Source: Bdellovibrionales bacterium (lineage in GTDB: Bacteria > Bdellovibrionota > Bdellovibrionia > Bdellovibrionales > UBA1609). From it: 64,000 bases of DNA. The notes beneath the pieces were generated by a model that ran no database searches, was not told where the DNA came from, and worked only from the letters and a program-made list of their open reading frames with translations. Positions 59,613-64,000 of the stretch are shown one piece after another; within the stretch, counting starts at the first letter, position 1, and the number at the start of each line of letters is the position of its first letter. Position numbers and translations under genes: made by a program. The stretch covers positions 3,433 through 67,432 of the forward strand of contig JBFWVI010000001.1 of the NCBI GenBank assembly GCA_050246815.1, read 5' to 3'.

Positions 59613-60200
59613 CTATTTGCTTTGCAACAACTCGTAAAGCTTACGAATTGCCTGGCCGCGATGGGAGATTTTGTTTTTAAACGCTAAACCCAGCTCGCCA
59701 AAAGTTTTGCTTTCGCCTTCGGGAATGAAAATCGCGTCGTAGCCAAAGCCGGCTTGGCCGACCGCTTTTTCGGCGATGGAACCTTCAACCACTCCGTCAA
59801 TCACATGCTCTTGGCCAGTGGGATCAAACACCACGAAGGCACAGACAAAGCGGGCTTTGCGGTTTAAGGGAGAGCGAATTTGCAGCATCTTCAAAACTTT
59901 GGCATTGTTTTCGGCGTCGGAGGCTTTGGGGCCGGCGTAGCGGGCTGAATGAACCCCCGGCATTTTGCCAAGGCCATCCACTTCAAGGCCACTGTCGTCG
60001 GCGACCACCCAAACTCCGGGCTTCATCGCCTTCATGCTGCGTGCCTTGATGCGGGCGTTGTCGACAAAAGTGGCGCCGGTTTCGGGCGGCGCAGAGTAAA
60101 CTTTCATCTCGCTGGCCCCGTGCAAATCAACACCGCTTAAAAGACTTTTGAATTCACTCAGCTTACCTTGATTGGTGGTGGCCACCCAAAGTTCAGTCAT
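59613..60200 (-). CDS. rdgB: Non-canonical purine NTP pyrophosphatase (RdgB/HAM1)
   Basis: ATTNQGK, ADDSGL, PGVHSARY, GFGYD, SHRG. Confidence 0.95.
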   Translation of the reverse strand: MTELWVATTNQGKLSEFKSLLSGVDLHGASEMKVYSAPPETGATFVDNARIKARSMKAMKPGVWVVADDSGLEVDGLGKMPGVHSARYAGPKASDAENNAKVLKMLQIRSPLNRKARFVCAFVVFDPTGQEHVIDGVVEGSIAEKAVGQAGFGYDAIFIPEGESKTFGELGLAFKNKISHRGQAIRKLYELLQSK

Positions 60201-60210
60201 AAAGGACTTC

Positions 60211-60942
60211 CTAAAGAGGGAAGATGTTCTTGATCAATTCACTTTGGTGTCGAAAAAGTTCACGGCAGCCGACATCCGCAAGCTCGGTCATGGCGTTCAT
60301 TTGCTCGCGCGAGAAGGCTTCGCCTTCGGCGGTGCCTTGGATCTCGACAAAATCGCCCCGACTGGTCATGACAAAGTTCATGTCTGTGCTGCAGGCAAAA
60401 TCTTCATCATAGCAAAGATCCAAAATAGGTTTTGGGCCTTGCATGCCGACACTGATTGCCGCGACATAGTGTTTCAAGGGAAGAGTTTTGATGTCGCCAC
60501 GGTCTTTCATGAATTTGAGTGCAAAGGCCAATGCCACAAAACCGCCGGTGACTGCCGCCGTGCGGGTGCCGCCGTCGGCTTGCAAGACATCACAATCGAT
60601 CATCACTTGGCGTTCACCTAGGGCCTTTAAATCCACAGCAGCGCGAAGACTGCGACCGATCAAACGAGAGATCTCTTGGGTGCGGCCCGAGTTGGCGGCC
60701 TTTTCACGCTGCATGCGGGTGTGGGTCGAGCGTGGCAACATGCCGTATTCGGCCGTCACCCAGCCTTGCCCTGTGCCCTGCAGCCATTTGGGAGCTGTAT
60801 TTTCAACTGTGGCCGTACAAAAGACTCGAGTGTGGCCAAAACGAACTTCCACGCTGCCTTCGGCATAGCGGGCCACTTCGGGGATCAATTCCACAGTTCT
60901 TAACTGATTGTCTTTTCTTCCGTCTGCGCGCATGGCGGTCAC
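60211..60942 (-). CDS. rph: Ribonuclease PH
   Basis: [32 protein letters not shown]. Confidence 0.97.
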   Translation of the reverse strand: MTAMRADGRKDNQLRTVELIPEVARYAEGSVEVRFGHTRVFCTATVENTAPKWLQGTGQGWVTAEYGMLPRSTHTRMQREKAANSGRTQEISRLIGRSLRAAVDLKALGERQVMIDCDVLQADGGTRTAAVTGGFVALAFALKFMKDRGDIKTLPLKHYVAAISVGMQGPKPILDLCYDEDFACSTDMNFVMTSRGDFVEIQGTAEGEAFSREQMNAMTELADVGCRELFRHQSELIKNIFPL

Positions 60943-61703
60943 TGTAGGCGGGGTGCCTGGGGTTTGTCCAATGATTCGTGATAACGGATCAGGCCTTCAT
61001 GAAGACTTTGCGCCACCAGTTGTTGATATTCGGCGGTGACCAATCTCAGACGCTCTTCAGGGTGTGATAAATAGCCAATTTCGATCAAAGCCGAAGGGAT
61101 GGTCAAATTACTGATCACAAAAAAAGGAGCTTGGCGAATCGATTTGGATTTGGCCTTATGGCCACCGCGCCAAGCCAGCTCCAAGGATTTGGCAAGTCTG
61201 CTGCTGGCATAAACCCTTTGGTTGCGGGCTAAGTCACGAATGATCAATTGCACTTCCGATGGCACGGCTGTTTCCGCTTCAAGCAGACCCCTTGCGTGGC
61301 CCTCATTTTCACGGGCGGCCAAATACATGGACTCTTCATCTGGGGGCAATTGGTTTTGAAAATAGATTTCAACGCCACGGGCTTTGGGGTCCGTGGACCA
61401 ATTGGCGTGAATACTCAGCAGCAAATCACCCTTGGCCTGTTCGGCCCGACGGACCCGCTCGCCAAGGTCTAAAAATTCATCGTTTCGGCGGGTCATATAG
61501 GCAACGAAGCGGCCGTCTTCTTTCAACCGCTCATACAGCATTTCGGTGACCGACAAAGTGATATGGGATTCTTTGCTGTCCGCCGCATGAGCACCTTCGT
61601 CTTTGCCGCCATGGCCCGGATCCAAAATGACTTTCAAAGGGGCGGCGCCGCTTTCGATTGCGAAAAGCATGAAAATGGTAATCGGTAAAACCTTTGCATT
61701 CAT
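60939..61703 (-). CDS. N-acetylmuramoyl-L-alanine amidase (Amidase_3)
   Basis: [24 protein letters not shown]; signal peptide from ATG 61703. Confidence 0.9.
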   Translation of the reverse strand: MNAKVLPITIFMLFAIESGAAPLKVILDPGHGGKDEGAHAADSKESHITLSVTEMLYERLKEDGRFVAYMTRRNDEFLDLGERVRRAEQAKGDLLLSIHANWSTDPKARGVEIYFQNQLPPDEESMYLAARENEGHARGLLEAETAVPSEVQLIIRDLARNQRVYASSRLAKSLELAWRGGHKAKSKSIRQAPFFVISNLTIPSALIEIGYLSHPEERLRLVTAEYQQLVAQSLHEGLIRYHESLDKPQAPRLQ

Positions 61704-61796
61704 TCTGTCTAGAATACCGTGAGGCGCGGTGTTCACGGCAGACCAGGGACTTTGAATCTCGGCAAACGGCTTGGGCTTTTCGGTGGTCAAAAGGCG

Positions 61797-61851
61797 AAAA
61801 AAAAGCGACCTGGGGGTAAGGAGGGGACCAGGTCGCCAAGGGGGGGATACC
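61797..61851 (-). ncRNA. Candidate ~55-nt small RNA with a C-rich 5' tail and an anti-SD loop in its terminator hairpin
   Basis: Minus strand GTATCCCCCCCTTG-GCGACCTGG-TCCCCTCCTTACCC-CCAGGTCGC-TTTTTTTT, directly after a sigma54 promoter; 5' end inferred. Confidence 0.6.
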
Positions 61852-61861
61852 CTTAGTACTA

Positions 61862-61877
61862 AGCAAGTGAGGTGCCA
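61862..61877 (-). promoter_or_regulatory. Consensus sigma54 -24/-12 promoter
   Basis: TGGCAC-CTCAC-TTGCT. Confidence 0.75.
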
Positions 61878-62114
61878 GCGATCGGTCACCCCAGAGCTCA
61901 TATATTAATTTTAGGGCATTCAGAAGTGCGTCTTATGGTAAGGATTACGCAATTCTGGGAGCGTACCAATCAACTCTGGTCAATTTAAGACGCATTGCAA
62001 TATTACAAGTTATCGGAATTACTAGCTTTTTAAATGTTCATCATTTGCAGTGCCATTTTCGGGCAGGGTGACGAAATTTTTCAAAGCAAAAGATCTACTT
62101 AACGCGATGCATGG

Positions 62115-62144
62115 TTAAGCTGGGCCCAAGGTCGGGCCGATAAG
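62115..62144 (+). promoter_or_regulatory. Sigma28-like promoter
   Basis: TTAAG-N16-GCCGATAAG upstream of the coiled-coil gene. Confidence 0.55.
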
Positions 62145-62184
62145 CAAAGGTGGGTGGCCAACCAGGTTGGTCCAGGGAGAATTT

Positions 62185-63402
62185 ATGAACAAACTAAATT
62201 GGGTGATTGTCTTACTGTTGATAAGCCCCCTGGCTTTTGGCCAGAGCCGCTACCATGACCTACTTGTTGCAGATCTTGAAGACGTCGAAACCGACATGGA
62301 AGATGCGATGTCGGATTCTGAGGCTGCACGCGAAGGTGCAAAGGCAGCAAAAAAACGGGCAGAACAAGAACGCCGCAATCGTGAAAAAGCCAAGGCCGAG
62401 GCCAAGGACGCCTCGAGCAAAGCCCGCGTCAAAGAACGTGAAGCCAAACTGGAAATTAGCAGTGCCGAACGTGAAATCGAACGCGATCGCGCCGAAACCA
62501 ACCGCTTGGTGGGCGAAAAAACCGCCTTTGAAAATCAAATCCTCAAATTGGACAAACAGATCGCGGATTACAAAGCCAAGGTTGAAAAACAAAAAATGGA
62601 TCGCGAAGCCGCGCAAAAAGTGCGTGATGAAAAACGCGACCACGCTGCTGAGCTGATCAAACAAGCGCAACTGCTTGAGGAAGAAGTGCGTAAAAATAAA
62701 GATGAAGAACGCGCCGCTATTCAAGAGTTGGAAGCCGCCAAGAAAGAACAAAAACAGGCCGCCGAACGTTTGAAGCAGGCTCAAGACGACAACCAAAAAA
62801 CCGTGCGCAAGATGCAAGAGAAAGTGGATCACCTGAAAAATGAGGCCAACAAAGCCAAAGAGGCTGCGGCCCAATCTGAAACTCAGATGCGCGGTTTACG
62901 TCAAAATATGAGTAAACTTGAAAGCGAAACCCAATTGGCCGAGGTGGACGCGGAGCAGGCCAAGCGTCGCTCGGAAGAAGCCGGAGTGCGTTTGACTGAG
63001 CTCAAAAACAAAAACAAAACCAAAGCGGCCCAATTGCAATCGCGCAAAGCAAACGCTCAAGCGGTCATGGTGACTGCCGAAGATCGAGAAGCGTCGAAAA
63101 AGGTCGATTTGGCGGAGAGTCAGCAGGAAAACGACAATCTTGAAGCCGCCAGTGACAGCGGCAAAGTGAAAGTGCAACTGCAGCGTAAAGAGCCCAATGT
63201 CACACGCAAGCTTTCTGTGAACTGCTCGTTGTTAGATAAGCCAAGTCTGAGCGCCAAAGTCATCGGTACACGCCGTAAGGGGATGCAGCTTAGCACCGAG
63301 TCGGTGAATAAAAGCTGGGCTCGGGTCCAATCCGATAACAGCCAGCGTCCTGGCTATATGCCCATGTCTTGTTTCGAGGGCCGGACGCCCTCGATGCAGT
63401 GA
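62185..63402 (+). CDS. Exported long coiled-coil protein with a C-terminal SH3-like domain
   Basis: GGGAG RBS, signal peptide, about 300 aa E/K/A/Q-rich heptads; PS.SAKVIG...W.RV...GY is SH3b-like. Confidence 0.7.
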   Translation: MNKLNWVIVLLLISPLAFGQSRYHDLLVADLEDVETDMEDAMSDSEAAREGAKAAKKRAEQERRNREKAKAEAKDASSKARVKEREAKLEISSAEREIERDRAETNRLVGEKTAFENQILKLDKQIADYKAKVEKQKMDREAAQKVRDEKRDHAAELIKQAQLLEEEVRKNKDEERAAIQELEAAKKEQKQAAERLKQAQDDNQKTVRKMQEKVDHLKNEANKAKEAAAQSETQMRGLRQNMSKLESETQLAEVDAEQAKRRSEEAGVRLTELKNKNKTKAAQLQSRKANAQAVMVTAEDREASKKVDLAESQQENDNLEAASDSGKVKVQLQRKEPNVTRKLSVNCSLLDKPSLSAKVIGTRRKGMQLSTESVNKSWARVQSDNSQRPGYMPMSCFEGRTPSMQ

Positions 63403-64000
63403 GTTTGATTCGGCGTTAAGTGCCATAGCCACTGCGCGCGCGGACAAGAGTCCCGGAATAAATCTCGAGTCATATGATCGCGAACGGTTCCTTTAAAATC
63501 TGCGGGTACGAAGTGTCGCGCGGAAGCGGCCAAATCGGGGGACGCGTTTGCCCATAGCGATGCGGGTGGTAACCCTTGGTCAGTGGACCACAAATCGTGA
63601 AATGAAGCCCATTCGCTATTTTGCTGAAAGATTTGCCAGTGTTTAAGCCAGGATTCACGCTGACTGTCAAAATGCCGACTGAGCAGGGGCAACTGGCCTA
63701 AAAAGTTGCAAAATAAAAAGGCCGCGTCGGGATGTTCTTCACGTAAGTGAAAAAGCCCCTCAGGCCAAAGAAGCCCTTGTTTTTGCGAGAAATAATTTTG
63801 CCGTGCCCAATTTACCGTTAAACCCTTAAAGCGAACTTGAAAAAGACGAGATGAAAGGATGTCAGGGTCTGTGGCTGTGAGACGGTCAAACTGCTCCAAG
63901 AAAGCACGTGGCAAAGAGTAACCTGCCGAAGGCCCGATCAGCACCAAATGTCGACTGTGGGGCTGCCAAGATTTAAGCCAAGCGGATGTGCCTTGTCGAT
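63354..64000 (-). CDS. Hypothetical protein, 5' truncated by the window
   Basis: Frame is open to the window edge; LIGPSAGY Gly-rich motif; convergent overlap with the coiled-coil gene. Confidence 0.6.
   Translation of the reverse strand, partial: RQGTSAWLKSWQPHSRHLVLIGPSAGYSLPRAFLEQFDRLTATDPDILSSRLFQVRFKGLTVNWARQNYFSQKQGLLWPEGLFHLREEHPDAAFLFCNFLGQLPLLSRHFDSQRESWLKHWQIFQQNSEWASFHDLWSTDQGLPPASLWANASPDLAASARHFVPADFKGTVRDHMTRDLFRDSCPRAQWLWHLTPNQTHCIEGVRPSKQDMGI

Noticed and set aside
61704..61901. 66-aa N-terminal extension of the amidase ORF in the track
   Set aside because: Runs through a promoter and terminator hairpin; ATG 61703 gives a proper signal peptide
62009..62040. CCGATAAC on the minus strand as another sigma28 promoter
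   Set aside because: No matching -35 element at 16-nt spacing
389..63670. Numerous 60-200 aa ORFs antisense or out of frame to long genes (e.g. 16243-16779, 38334-38933, 56526-57038, 62260-62874)
   Set aside because: Fully overlap well-supported genes and have no motifs; shadow ORFs
1..64000. Prophage, transposase, integrase, CRISPR-Cas, defence systems, rRNA or tRNA
   Set aside because: No such motifs or repeat-spacer arrays recognised by eye; the orphan proteins have export signals rather than nuclease or NTPase motifs

Overview
Gene-dense bacterial chromosomal window, most likely from a predatory Bdellovibrionota (Bdellovibrio-like) genome. This is inferred from the RomR-type regulator next to lptG-def-fmt, the CPAF-like protease, the DUF4360-like protein and the many secreted hypothetical proteins. 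Housekeeping blocks are: aconitase 3' end, birA-nadC-romR, lptG-def-fmt-rpe-hutH-hutU, hutI, glpK, radA, slt-oppABC, acyl-CoA dehydrogenase, prs-rplY-pth-ychF, and amidase-rph-rdgB. Between them lie accessory loci: three tandem exported peptidases, a trio of paralogous Cys-rich prepilin-like proteins, a Cyc2-like cytochrome-porin/YceI/diheme cytochrome operon, an E2-less 2-oxoacid dehydrogenase/acyltransferase/thioesterase operon and an ApbE flavinylation module. Signals not in the ORF track: a candidate sigma54-driven ~55-nt small RNA whose terminator loop is an anti-Shine-Dalgarno sequence (61797-61877), a 40-aa basic microprotein with its own promoter (44277-44399), a shared terminal C-D-x-x-L tag on unrelated exported proteins, sets of sigma28-like and sigma54-like promoters, and many apparently leaderless genes. 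No rRNA, tRNA, CRISPR array or mobile element was recognised. All calls come from reading the sequence by eye; no searches were run.
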